64,000 bases of DNA from contig NC_057750.1 in NCBI RefSeq assembly GCF_004010195.1, positions 5,900,442-5,964,441 on the forward strand, written 5' to 3'. Source of the DNA: Chiloscyllium plagiosum. Taxonomy: Eukaryota. Positions 24,182-36,613 of this stretch are shown piece after piece. Position 1 is the stretch's first letter; the number at the start of each line of letters is the position of its first letter. The notes beneath the pieces were generated by a model. That model saw only the letters and a list, made by a program, of their open reading frames with translations, was not told the DNA's origin and did not search any database. The position numbers and the translations under genes were made by a program.

Positions 24182-25004
24182 GGACTCCATCCATTAGCTT
24201 AAATTCACTTCTTCCATACCAGAGGTATGGTGGCAGCAATGTGTGGTATCTACAAGATGTACTGCAGAAATTCACCTATGCTTCCTTCCAAACACGTCTG
24301 CTACCATTTGGAAAAAAGACTAGCAGATGCATGGGAATAACACCACATGGAAGTTCCCCTCCAAACCACTAACCATCCTGACTTGAAAATATGTTGCCAT
24401 TCTTCAAGTGTCATGAGGTCAAAATCCTGGAATTCCAGTCAATGGTAGGGCCCTAGGGAGTGTTATGGAACAAAGAGATCTCAGAGTACAGATTCATAGC
24501 TCCTTCACAGGGAGACAGGACAGTGAAGAAGGAGTTTGGCATGTTTTCTTTCATCGGTCTAAGCATTGTGTTTAGGAGTTATGATGTCTTGATGCAGCTG
24601 TACAAGATGTTAGTAATACCACATTTGAAATACTGCGTGCAGTTCTGGTGGCCCTATTATCAAAAGGATATTATTAAACTACAAGTCAAGGTGGTTTGTG
24701 ACTGGAGGGGAAATTTCAAGTGGTGGTGTTCCCACACCTGTTGCCTTTGTCCTTCAAGATGATAGTGGTTACGGGTTTGAAGGCCAAACAGCCATTCAAG
24801 AACACAGTTCACCACCACAGTCTCAAGGATAATTATGGATGGGGTAGTTCATGCTGGCCCAGCAAGCAATGCCCATATTACATGAAAGCACATGATATAG
24901 CTCAAATGGATAAGATAAATAAACAAAAATAGAAGCATTGGCTCTAACTATTGAAATATGGTTCCAAGTCTATCCAAGATGGAGGATGGGAAAAATTTCT
25001 GGCT

Positions 25005-28000
25005 GTAACAGCTGCTCCTTTATTGAGGTATTTTAGGTGCTGGAGGTGATTTCCTCAAATTCTAGAAACAACAATTACTGTTTTTATGCTGTTGCACTGT
25101 TTTGGAACGTTGGGAAAAAAAAAGTCAAAACAACAGCAGTTTAAAAGGGAGAAGAACAGACAAAGGAAGCACATGGTGAAGTCAGTGCGGGAGAGATAGG
25201 GAAAGAAACTGACACAGCAGTGAACCTGCACAGTTACTGCCTTTGATGTTTGAATTCACGTATTGCTGGACATTGGAGTGCATCTGGGAAAATTGACAAA
25301 CAGTGAAATTCACAACTGGTCTTGGAGGAACTGTTTGGGTGAAGTTCACAACACGGAAACAGATAAGTGTATTGTTTTTAATTGGGACCTACAGAAAGTC
25401 TGCAGCAGTGAGTAGAGTGGGTTCTTTCTTGGTTATATGTTTTTTGAGATATGTCTCTTGATTAAACATAAAATGTAAACCATAATTATTAATTTAACCT
25501 GGGGCAGTGTTTTGTAGAGGAAGAAAACAGTGTTATTTTCTGGGTCTGTAGATTGTGAAGGAGCAAAAATGACCTGTAGTAGAGTGATATGTGCTTCTTA
25601 TCAGATGTGGGAGTTTAAAGAGGGTTACTGCGGATTATATCTGTAATAAAGGCTGTTGGTTGCAAATCTTATCAGATCAAATAGATCAGCTGGAGAGGCA
25701 GTTAGAAGCAATGAGGAATTTGCAACAGCAACAGTATGTGATGGATGGTAGTTATAGGAAGTGGGGGGGGGAGTCTCAGATACAGTCACATAGATGGGTT
25801 AACTCCAGGAAAGGTAAGAGAGGTAGGCAGCTAGTGCAGGAGCCTTCTGTGGCTATACCCATTTGAAATAAGTATGCTGTTTTGGAAAATGTAGGAGGTG
25901 ATGGATTCTCAGGGGAACGTAGCACGAACAGCCAAGTTTCTGGTATTGAGACAGGCTCTAATGCAATGAGGGGTACGTCGGGTTCCAAGAGATCAATTGT
26001 GTTAGGGGATTCTCTAGTCTGAGGTACAGATAGATGTTTCTGTGGCCAGCAGCGAAAAATCAGAATGGCATGTTGCTTCCCTGGGGCCAGGATCAAGAAT
26101 GTCTCTGAGAGGGTGCAGAATGTTCTCAAGGGGGAGAGGGGTCAGCACGAGGCCATTGTCCACAATGGAACCAACGACATAGGAAGGGAAAAGGTTGAGA
26201 TGCTGAAGGGAGATTACAGAGAGTTAGGCAGGAATTTAAAAAGGAGGTCCTCGAGTGTAGTAATATCTGGATTACACCCGGTGCGACAAGCGAGTGAGGG
26301 CAGGAATAGGAGGATAGAGCAGATGAATGCATGGCTGAGGAGTTTGTATATGGGATAAGGATTCACATTTTTGGACCATTGGAATCTCTTTTGGGGTAGA
26401 AGTGACCTTACAAGAAAGACTGGTTGAACCTAAATTGGAAGGGGACTAATATGCTGGCAGGGAGATTTGCTAGAGTTGCTTGGGAGGATTTAAACTGGTA
26501 AGGTGAGGGGGGGTGGGGGGTGCGAGGGTGGAACCCAGGGAGATAGTGAGGAAAGAGATCAATCTGAGACTGGTACAGTTGAGAACAGAAGTGAGCCAAA
26601 CAGTCAGGGCAGGTATGGATAAGGTAGGACTAATGAATTAAACTGCATTTATTTCAATGCAAGGGGTCTAACAGGGAAGGCAGATGAACTCAGGGCATGG
26701 TTAGGAACATGGGACTGGGATATCATAGCAATTACAGAAACATGGCTCAGGAATGGACAGGACTGGCAGCTTAATGTTCCAGGATACAAATGCTACAGGA
26801 AGGATAGAAAGGGAGGCAAGAGAGGAGGGAGAGTGGTGTTTTAGATAAGGGATAGCATTACAGCTGTGCTGAGGGAGGATATTCCCAGAAATACATCCAG
26901 GGAAGTTATTTGGGTGGAACTGAGAAATAAGAAAGGGATGCTGACCTTATCGGGATTGTATTATAGATCCCCTAATAGTCAGAGGGAAATTGAGAAACAA
27001 ATTTCTGAGGAGATCTCAACTATCTGTAAGAATCATAGGGTGGTTATGGTAGGGAATTTTAACTTTCTGAACATCAATTGGGACTGCCATAGTGATAAGG
27101 GAATCGATGGAGAGGAATTTGTTAAGTGTGTACAAGAAAAATTTCTGATTAAGTATGATTAAGTACCTACTAGAGAAGGTGCAAAACTTGACCTACTCTT
27201 GGGAAATAAGGCAGGACAGGTGACTGAGGTGTCAGTGGGGAAGCACTTTGGGGCCAGCAACCATAATTCTATTAGATTTAAAATAGTGATGGAAAAGGAT
27301 AGACCAGATCTAAAAGTTGACGTTCTAAATTGGAGAAAGGCCAATTTTGACAGTATTAGGCAAGAACTTTCAAAAGCTAATTGGAAGCAGATGTTCGCAG
27401 GTAAAGGGACGGCTAGAAAATGGGAAGCCTTCAGAAATGAGATAACGAGAATCCAGAGAAAGTATACTCCTGTTAGGGTGAAAGGAAAGGCTGGTAGGTG
27501 TAGGGAATGCTGGATGACTAAAGAAATTGAGGGTTTGGATAACAAAAAGACGGAGGCATATGTGAGGTATAGACAGGATAGATCGAGTGAATCCTTAGAA
27601 GAGTATAAAGGCAGTAGGACTTAAGAGGGAAATCAGGAGAGCAAAAAGGGGACATGAGATAGCTTTGGCAAATAGAGTTAAGGAGAATCCAAAGGGTTTT
27701 TTTAAACACATTAAGGAGAAAAGGGTAACTAGGGAGAGGATAGGGCCCCTCAGATCAGCAAGGCAGCGGCAGAAAATGGGTGAGATACTAAACGAGTATT
27801 TTGCATCAGTATTTACTGTGGAAAAGGATATGGAAGATATAGAAAGTAGCAAAATAGATGGTGACATCTTGCAAACGTCCATATTACAGAGGAGGAAGTG
27901 CTAGATGTCTTGAAACACATAAAGGTGAATAAGTCCCCAGGACCTGATCAGGAACTATAGACCAGTGAGCCTGACGTCAGTGGTGGGCAAGTTGTTGGAG

Positions 28001-29297
28001 GAATCCTGAGGGACAGGATGTACATGTATTTGGAAAGGCAAGGACTGATTAGGGATAGTCAACATGGCTTTGTGCGTGGGAAATCATGTCTCACAAACTT
28101 GATTTTTTTGAAGAAGTAACAGAGAATTGATGAGGGCAGAGTGGTAGATATGATCTATATGGACTTCAGTAAGACATTCAACAAGGTTCCCCATGGGAGA
28201 CTGGTTAGCAAGGTTAGATCTCACGGAATACAGAGAGAACTCGCCATTTGGATACAGAATTGGCTCAAAGGTAGAAGACAGAGTGTGGTGGTGGAGGGTT
28301 GTTTTTCAGACTGGAAGCCTGTGACCAGTGGAGTGCCACAAGGATCGGTGCTAGGTTCTCTACTTTTTGTCAATTACGTAAATGATTTGGATGCGGACAT
28401 AAGAGGTACGGTTAGTAAGTTTGCAGATGATACCAAATTTGGAGGCGTAGTGGACAGCGAAGAGGATTACAACAGCTTATAACAGGATCTTGATCAGATG
28501 AGCCAATGGGCCGAGAAGTGGCAGATGGAGTTTGATTGGAGGTAAATGTGAGGTGCTGCATTTTTGGAAAACAAATCTTAGCAGGACTTATATACTTAAT
28601 GGTAAGGTCCTAGGGAGTGTTGCTGAACAAGGAGACCTTGGAGTGCAGGTTAATAGCTCCTTGAAAGTGGAGTCTCTGGTAGATAGGATAGTGAAGAAGG
28701 CATTTGGTATGCTTTCTTTTAGTGGTCAGAGTATTGAGTACAGGAGTTGGGAGGTCATACTGCAGCTGTACAGGACATTGGTTAGGCCACTTTTGGAATA
28801 TTGCATGCAATTCTAGTCTCCTTCCTATCGGAAAGATGTTGTGAAACTTGAAAGGGTTCAGAAAAGATTTACAAGGATGTTGCCAGGGTTAGAGGATTTG
28901 AGCTATGGGGAGAGGATGAACAGGTTAGGGCTGTTTTCCCTGGAGTGTCAGAGCTGAGGTGTGACCTTATAGAGGTTTACAAAATTATGAGGGGCATGGA
29001 TAGGATAAATAGACAAAGTCTTTTCCCTGGGGTCGGGGAGTCCAGAACTAGAGGGCATAGGTTTAGGGTGAGAGGGGAAAAATATAAAAGAGATCTAAGG
29101 GGCAACTTTTTCACACAGAGGGTGGTACGTGTATGGAATGAGCTGCCAGAGGAAGTGACGGAGGCGAGTGCAATTGCAACATTTAAAAGGTATTTGGATG
29201 GGTATATGAATAGGAAGGGTTTGGAGGGATATGGACCGGGTCTTGGCAGGTGGGACTAGAAGGGTCTGTTTCCATGCTGTGCATCTCTATAACTCTA
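25005..29297 (+). mobile_element. Near full-length degenerate CR1 LINE (ORF1 esterase-like; ORF2 APE endonuclease and RT)
   Basis: ORF1 remnant has SGNH-like GDSLV..CFPGARI..HNGTNDIG. ORF2 remnant has CIYFNARG, IAITETW, DFSKTFNKVPH, SGVPQGSVLG, KFADD, RGHRF..FFTQRVV. CR1 tail GGGTCTGTTTCCATGCTG. Multiple stops and frameshifts. Confidence 0.92.
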
Positions 29298-29853
29298 GTC
29301 AGCTGCCTTTAGAACTGGGCACAGTAAGTGAGGGTGATTTTGCTATAACTGGGATTCTGAATCTCTAGGGGAAAGATGAAAAAAGAGAAAAAATATCAGC
29401 CTGGATTCCTGTCATAAAGTATCTGCCCAGTGACCCAACCACTTCCCTCTCTAACCCCTTGCTGGCAAGTTTAAAGGTCATTGCCAAGGCAGGATTTCAT
29501 TGCTAACTGTGATGTTCCCATAATCAAATTACTTGCTACTATTCACATTCTTGGTTTGCACATACTGTTTGAGGTGAATACCAAAGGGCTAGGCTATTAG
29601 CCAGTGCTTTCAGGGCAAAGAGGACCCATAGACATATGATGAATAAGGAAACTATTTAACACAAGATTAGGGAAAAAAGTTAAATTATTTTTCACCACAT
29701 CTGAATGTACAGTCAATTCATTCTTTACTTTCACAGCGACAAAAATATTGGTAATTATTGGTGTCAGTTGATTCCAGAGACTTGAGCACAAATCCAGGCT
29801 AACGCTCCCTGTATCGAACTGAGGGAGTGCTGCATTACCACCTTTCAGATGAA

Positions 29854-30038
29854 GTCAGAAGTCACACGACACCAGGTTATAGTCCAACCAGTTTATTTGA
29901 AATCACAATGACTTCACCTGATGAAGGTGCAACAGTCCGAAAGCTTGTGATTTCAAATAAACGTATTGGACTATAACCTGATGTCATGTGACTTCTGACT
30001 TTATCTAACCCAGTCCGACAGCAGCATCTCCACATCAT
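29854..30038. mobile_element. Penelope-like fold-back insertion (second family) with a hammerhead-like core
   Basis: Inverted arms ~29851-29908 / 29945-30001, TSD CTTTCAGATGAA (29842-29853 / 30039-30050), CTGATGA..GAAA at 29918-29942. Relatives at ~37450-37576 and 53662-53755. Confidence 0.7.
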
Positions 30039-30061
30039 CTTTCAGATGAACCTTTCAGATT

Positions 30062-30550
30062 ACCAATGACTTAATGAAGATCCTCAATGTCTCCATGAAA
30101 ACCCCTGAAAGACTCAGTGAAGACAATTCATGACTCAATGAAGACCACCACTATGACTCAATGAGGACTCTCAATGACTTATTGAAGACTCCCCAATATC
30201 TTAATGAAGAGCACCCAATGACTCAATGAAGACCACAAAGACTCAGTGAAGACCACCTCCAATGACTGTATCAAGACTGCACTATTAATCAATGAAGATC
30301 CCCAATGATTCAATGAAGATCATCACTATGACTCAATAAAGACTCCCAATGACTTAAAGAATATCCCCTATGATTCAATAAAAATCACCCCAGTTACTCA
30401 ATGCAGACCACCTTCAATGACTCAATTAAGGCTCCCCACGATGTAATGAAGATCTTTGATGATTCAATGAAGAATCCCAGTGACTTAATGAAGACTTCCC
30501 AATGATTCAATGAAGATCTGCAATGATTCAGTTACTCAATGAAGATTACC
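30062..30550. repeat. Degenerate minisatellite, ~20-24-bp unit CAATGACTCAATGAAGAC(C/T)n
   Basis: Roughly 20 imperfect units, beginning ~50 bp after the bmp16 stop codon. Confidence 0.9.
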
Positions 30551-30597
30551 CCCATGGCATAATGGTCTCGCATCTGTTGGAGGCAGGGTTTGTTCTC

Positions 30598-31424
30598 TCA
30601 GCGGCATCCACAGCCTTCGACGGCCATCTCCTGGTAATTCTTGAGGACCACTCTCTCATCATCGTCTAGGTAGAGCATGGCGACTGGGCTGAGCTCGGTG
30701 GGTACACAGCAGGCCTTGGGGATGTCAGTGTTCACTGAGTTGACCAGAGTCTGCACGATGGCATGGCTGGAGGAGTTCATGTGATCGGCAAGCGGGAACC
30801 GGCACTCACCCTGGCAGTAAAAGGCATTGTAGCCACGGGGAGCGATGATCCACTCAGTCCAGCCCACCCTCTTGAAGTCTACGTACAGCGGCCTCCGGCG
30901 GCACCGATTACGCGACCGGACTCTGGTCCGAGCCCCTTTCTTCAGGCCATGCCGCTTGGGCCTGGATCCCAAAGCCCTCCCACCACCACTGTCCCGGCCA
31001 TAGGTGACCAGGAGTGGCCAGCGGGGTTCCTCAGCCTCCCGTGGTGACCTGCCGACCCTCAGCCGCCCACGTGGTGACAGGCCCGGCCTCATCTCGACCA
31101 GGAAAGCCACCAGTCCCCGCCTTTGCCGCTGCCCTGCTTTCAAGTTCATCACCGCCGGGCCCACCTCGAAGCTCTCCCACTGGCTCCGGTTACCGGGTAG
31201 CAGGCGCCTCTCCAGTAGCCTGCGCCCCATCGTTCCTCTGCCAAGGGGCCCAGAGAGCTCGTAAACAGCCACCACATCCAGACCGGGACTAGCCCTAATC
31301 TCAGCCTCCCGGAATAAACGGAGCTCGGCCGAGGTGACATGTTCTCGGTCAGGGATGGTAGTCAAGTTGAAGACGATCTGGTGGAAACCTCTTCCCTTAG
31401 GATAGGGAACCTCCTGGAGATAAT
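30598..31424 (-). CDS. bmp16: BMP16 second coding exon: C-terminal prodomain, furin site and mature TGF-beta cystine-knot domain
   Basis: Polypyrimidine tract and TGACAG acceptor (AG 31426-31425) joins in phase 1 to give ...SFHHL-D-YLQEV. Motifs [33 protein letters not shown] cleavage site, and a 7-Cys domain ending [25 protein letters not shown] matches BMP16 as I recall it, not BMP2/4 (G.CPFPLADHLNSTNHA). 358+827 nt = 395 codons including the stop. Confidence 0.93.
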
Positions 31425-33027
31425 CTGTCATAAACCAAATGGAGAAAGAGGAGAAAAACACTGATTAGGGTTAATAACAATTTCATTAAGAGTAAAAACC
31501 TCCCTGATCCAACAGTTTTTTTTATAAAGGCTTTCATTCCCTATGACTCCATGGAGACTATCCCCTTATGGGTCAATAACGACTATTCCCCATGAAGGTG
31601 TGTGAGCAGAGGAGTAAAATTCAACAAGTCAGTAAGCATTCCACATCCAAGGAAGGATGTGCTGGTCCAGAAGAGGTTTACAAGAATGAACCCGCGGGAT
31701 GAAGGGCTTGGCATATCAGGAGTGGTTAACGACTCTGAGTCTGTACTCAATTGTGTTTAAAAGGATGAGGGGTGGGGATCTTATTGAAATTTACAGAAAT
31801 CTGAGAGGCTTGTATAGAGTGGACTTGGAGAAATAGCAGAGACTCGGACCAGCGGGCACAGCCTCCGAGTGAAGGGACAACCCTTTAGAACTGAGGTGAG
31901 GATGAATTTCTTCAACCAGAGGGTGGAGAAACTATGTAACTCATTGCTGCAGAGGGGTGTGGAAGGCAAGCCATTGTATGTATTTCATCCAGAAGGCGGA
32001 AGAATAGGGCTATGAAACATGTCAGCCATGATCAAATGGCAAAGCAGACTCGATTAGTGAATGGCCTAATGCACTCCTACATCTTTTGGTCTTTTACCTT
32101 TACCTTGCTATCTCATTAGAGAGAGATGGCTAGTCTAACCTGAGAGTCATCATGCCTAACACGAGGGGAGACTTTCAGAAAGATAGTCCTTCTTGGTAAC
32201 CTCAGCAGGTTTGGGAAATGAACTTACACTGTTGGTGTCATTGCATTGCAAAGCAGCCAACTGAGTTAACCAATCCCCTAGAAAGTGAATAACCTCTCTC
32301 CACAAAGAAAATACGTCCACTTTAGTTTCTATTTCATCTATCTCTGATGCCCCTCAAGAGGATGGATGGTGAGCCACTTTCTGGAACCACGATTGGCCTT
32401 GGGATGTAGGGACAGCCACGGAACTCCTAGGAGGAAGTTTCAGGATTCTGACCCAGAAACAATGAAGGAATGGGGATATAGTTCTAAATCAGGGTATTGT
32501 GCGGCTTGGCAGCAAACTTGCAGATGGTAGTGTTTGTTTATGTCTGGTCAATCACACTGTTGAGGTTTGTTAATGATATTGTAGGGTTAAGAGAAACGAG
32601 TGATGGATATTAATTATCTTCAAACAGGCTGGGGTTCTTATGAAGTGGTATGACCCTACTTCTGAGCAAGGAGGCCTGGTTTCAAAGCCCACCTGCTCCA
32701 GAGGTATGTAATAACATCACTGAATAGAAAATATCTATAAACAGGGAGCGCTGGGATACTGAGGGTGGGATGAGAGAGGGCTAAAGCTCAGCATGTCAAT
32801 AAACCCTCTCTGCAATGAAGAGAAATGTGCCTTGGTTGCTATATCACAATCTGGCTTGGATTCTATTTACCTTGTTCTATGCATCTGTTATTCTTGCCCT
32901 TCTGGGTAATAGAGGTTCTGAGTCTGGCGGGTAGATTTGAAGGAGTTACTGCAATGCATCTTGTGGTACACCATGCTGTTAATGTGAATGACTCCTAATT
33001 GCCCTCTGAAATGGTCCCAGCAAGTCT

Positions 33028-35510
33028 TGGGATTATATTATAGACCCCCTAATAGTCAAAGGGAAATTGAGAAACAAACTTGTAAGGAGATCTCCACTAT
33101 CTGTAAGAATAATAGGGTGGTTATGGTAAGGGATTTTAACTTTCCAAACATAAGCTGGCTCTGCCATAGTGTTAAGGGTTTAAATGGAGAGGAATTTATA
33201 AAGTGAGGACAAGACAATTTTCTGATTCAGTATGTGGATGTACCTATTAGAGAAGGTGCAAATCTTGACCTACCCTTGGGAAATAAGGCCGGGCAGGTGA
33301 CCGAGGTGTCAGTGGGGGAGCACTTTGGGGCCAGCGACCATAATTCAATTAGATTTAAAATAATGATGGAAAAGGATAGACCAGATCTAAAAGTTGAAGT
33401 TCTAAATTGGAGGAAGACCAATTTTATGGTATTAGGCAAGAACTTTCAAAAGCTGATTGGAAGCAGATGTTCGCAGGTAAAGGGATGGTTGGAAATTGGG
33501 AAGCCTTCGGAAATGAGATAAAGAGAATCCAGAGAAAGTATACTCTTGTTAGGGTGAAAGGAAAGGCTGGTAGGTATAGGGAATGCTGGATGACTAAAGA
33601 CATTGAGGGTTTGGATAAGAAAAAGAAGGAGGCATATGTAAGGTGTAGACAGGATAGATCGACTGAATCCTTAGAAGAGTATAAAGGCAGTAGGAGTATA
33701 CTTAAGAGGGAAATGAGGAATGCAAAAAGAGGACATGAGATAGCTTTGGCAAATAGAATTAAGGAGAATCCAAAGAATTTTTACAAATACATTAAGGGCA
33801 AAAGGGTAACTAGGGAGAGAATAGGGCCCCTCAAAGATCAGCAAAGTGGCCTTTGTATGGAACGGCAGAAAATGGGGGAGATACTAAATGAGTATTTTGC
33901 ATCAGTATTTACTGTGGAAAAGGATATGGGAGATAAAGACTGTCGGGAAATAGATGGTGACATCTTGCAAAATGTCCATATTACAGAGGAGGAAGTGCAG
34001 GATATCTTGAAATGGGTAAAGGTGGATAAATCCCTAGGACCTGATCAGGTGTACCAGAGAACTCTGTTGGAAGCTAGAGAAGTGATTGCTGGGCCTCTTG
34101 CTGAGATATTTGTATCATCGATAGTCACAGGTGAGGTGTCAGAAGACTGGAGGTTGGCTAACGTGGTGCCACTGTTTAAGAAGTGTGGTAAGGACAAGCC
34201 AGGGAACTATAGACCAGTGAGCCTGACGTCGGTGGTGGGCAAGTTGTTGGAGGGAATCCTGAGGGACAGGATGTACATGTATTTGGAAAGGCAAAGACTG
34301 ATTTGGGATAGTCAACATGGCTTTGTGTGTGGGAAATCATGTCTCACAAACTTGATTGAGTTTTTTGAGGAAGTGACAAAGAGAATTGATGAGGGCAGAG
34401 AGGTAGATGTGGTCTATATGGACTTCAGTAAGACATTCGACAAGGTTCCCCACGGGCGACTGATTAGCAAGGTTAGATCTCACGGAATACAGGGAGAACT
34501 AGCCATTTGGATACAGAACTGTCTCAAAGGTAGAAGACAGAGGGTGGTGGTGGAGGGTTGTTTTTCAGACTGGAGGCCTGTGACCAGTGGAGTGCCACAA
34601 GGATTGGTGCTGGGTCCTCTACGTTTTGTCATTTACATAAATGATTTGGATGCGAGCATAAGAGGTACAGTTAGTAAGTTTGCAGATGACATCAAAATTG
34701 GAGGTGTAGTGGACAGCGAAGAGGGTTACCTCAGATTACAACAGGATCTTGATCAGATGGGCCAATGGGCTGAGAAGTGGCAGATGGAGTTTAATTTAGA
34801 TAAATGCGAGGTGCTGCATTTTGGGAGAGCAAACCTTAGCAGGACTTATACACTTAATGGTAAGGTCCTAGAGAGTGTTGCTGAACAAAGAGATGTTGGA
34901 ATGCAGGTTCATAGCTCCTTGAAAGTGGAGTCTCTGGTAGATAGGATAGTGAAGAAGGCGTTTGGTATGCTTTCTTTTATTGGTCTGAGTATTGAGTATA
35001 GGAGTTGGGAGGTCATGTTGCAGCTGTACAGGACATTGGTTAGGTCACTGTTGGAATATTGCATGCAATTCTAGTCTCCTTCCTATCGGAAAGATGTTGT
35101 GAAACATGAAAGGGTTCAGAAAAGATTTACAAGGATGTTGCCAGGGTTAAATTATGAGGGTCATGTATAGGGTAAGTAGGAAAAGTCATATCCCTGGCAT
35201 TGGGGAGTCCAGACCTAGAGGGCATAGGTTTAGGGTGAGAGGGGAAAGATATAAAAGAGACCTAAGGGGTAATGTTTTCACTCAGAGGGTGGTGCATGTA
35301 TGGAATGAGCTGCCAGAGGAAGTGGTGGAGGCTGGTATAATTGCAACATTTAAGAGGCATTTGGATGGGTATATAAATAGGAAGGGTTTGGAGGGATATG
35401 GGCCGGGTGCTGGCAGGTGGGACTAGATTGGGTTGGGATATCTAGTTGGCATGGACGGGTTGGACCGAAGGGTCTGTTTCCATGCTGTACATCTGTATGA
35501 CTTTATGACA
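33028..35510 (+). mobile_element. 5'-truncated CR1 LINE in the bmp16 coding intron, antisense to the gene; includes the 555-aa RT-containing ORF 33407-35074
   Basis: NYRPVSLTSVVGK, QHGF, DFSKTFDKVPH, GVPQG, KFADD, followed by the CR1 3' tail. Confidence 0.95.
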
Positions 35511-36255
35511 CTCAGTTCAGGTGCAGTTACGGATAGTGAATAAATGCTGGCCTTGTCACATAGAAGGATTAAAAGAAATTGCAATGGAATGCAACTTGGA
35601 AGGGAGCTCCTTTCCTTTCATTTTGGGTTCCTGAGTTAGCACAACTATAATTTGTTGTTATGCCCAAAATGCCAACCCTCCTGCTCCTCTGATGCTGCCC
35701 GACGTGCCGTGCTTTTTCTAACTCACACTTTTCGACGGACTCTCTAGCATCTGCAGTCCTCCCTTTCTCCTATAGAATATATAGGCGATGCCAGTTTTAC
35801 TAAACCAAGTGTTCCAATATTCAGCAATACTATATTGACCGTGAGAAAGCATTGAGCATGTGGTATGTAAGAATTTGATTTAGGACAAATTCAAGTGTCT
35901 GATGAAGCTAAATGCACTGAGCATATGAATTATGTAACACATTGAGATTTTCATGAGACGAACCAGAAGACAAATTATACTTTTACTGTTCACATTTTTC
36001 AAATCATAGATATGATATTGGACCACTTGCAGTTGGATAGCATGGTTCGTGTTGAGTCAATCCAAAATAAGTGGGAAGGAGCGCCTCAAGATATTCCCCT
36101 TTGAACTCTATTCCCCTATGGGTGGTCGAGGTTGTGGATATCTAACTGAATATGTGTGATAGAGAAAAGTAATGTGAGGTAAAAAGAACAGTCCATTCTG
36201 AAGGGAGAAGAGGAGGTGGAGAGTTCGGACAGGATGTTTGGTTGTGGTAACTCAC

Positions 36256-36613
36256 CCAAGTGATGGAAGCTCCGCACTGTGTTGGCGCCCCGTGTGTGTT
36301 TCCCTAAGTGGGTGAAGCTAGAATCCTGGATGTTGCCGTAATCCCCGGTGTGAAAATGGTACAAATCACGCATGTACTGAGGGATGATGGCAGCAGGATT
36401 GGGTTTGGGGAGATGGCTCAGTCCCAATCTGCTCAGTAGAGTCCTGCGGAGGGTATGGACCAGCTCAGGATCTGGCAAAGAGTGTGCTGCACCTTCCTTT
36501 CGGCTTGCATCCAACGGCACTGTCTTCCCTCCTTCGGAGAACAAGCTGGCTTCTCCAGCTAACAGCACCCAGGCACACAGGACGACCATCTGCAGAAGAC
36601 TAGCAGGGAGCAT
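36256..36613 (-). CDS. bmp16: BMP16 (BMP2/4/16 subfamily) first coding exon: signal peptide and N-terminal prodomain
   Basis: ATG at 36613 in Kozak context CTCCACCATG, 7 nt after a CCTCCCAG acceptor (AG 36622-36621), the layout of the BMP2/BMP4 first coding exon. Hydrophobic signal MLPASLLQMVVLCAWVLLAG. BMP2/4 prodomain motifs LLSRLGL..P.P...IIPQYMRDLY and ANTVRSFHH. GTGAG donor at 36255-36251, phase 1 (358 nt). Confidence 0.92.

Noticed and set aside
30062..30550. CRISPR-like repeat/spacer appearance
   Set aside because: The variable parts are only a few nt, units are degenerate, there are no cas genes and the context is vertebrate. It is a minisatellite.
30763..31340. Overlapping antisense and alternate-frame ORFs on exon 3 (also 36384-36644 on the first coding exon)
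   Set aside because: Expected by-products of GC-rich coding sequence; no recognisable domains.
30598..31461. Single-exon 287-aa gene as given in the ORF track; BMP2 or BMP4 assignment
   Set aside because: The N-terminal FFSSFSIWF is the intron pyrimidine tract, and the true start is in the exon at 36613. Mature-domain residues fit BMP16.
33407..35074. 555-aa ORF as a host or domesticated gene
   Set aside because: It is a CR1 ORF2 fragment, 5'-truncated, frameshifted upstream and stopped before the C-terminus.
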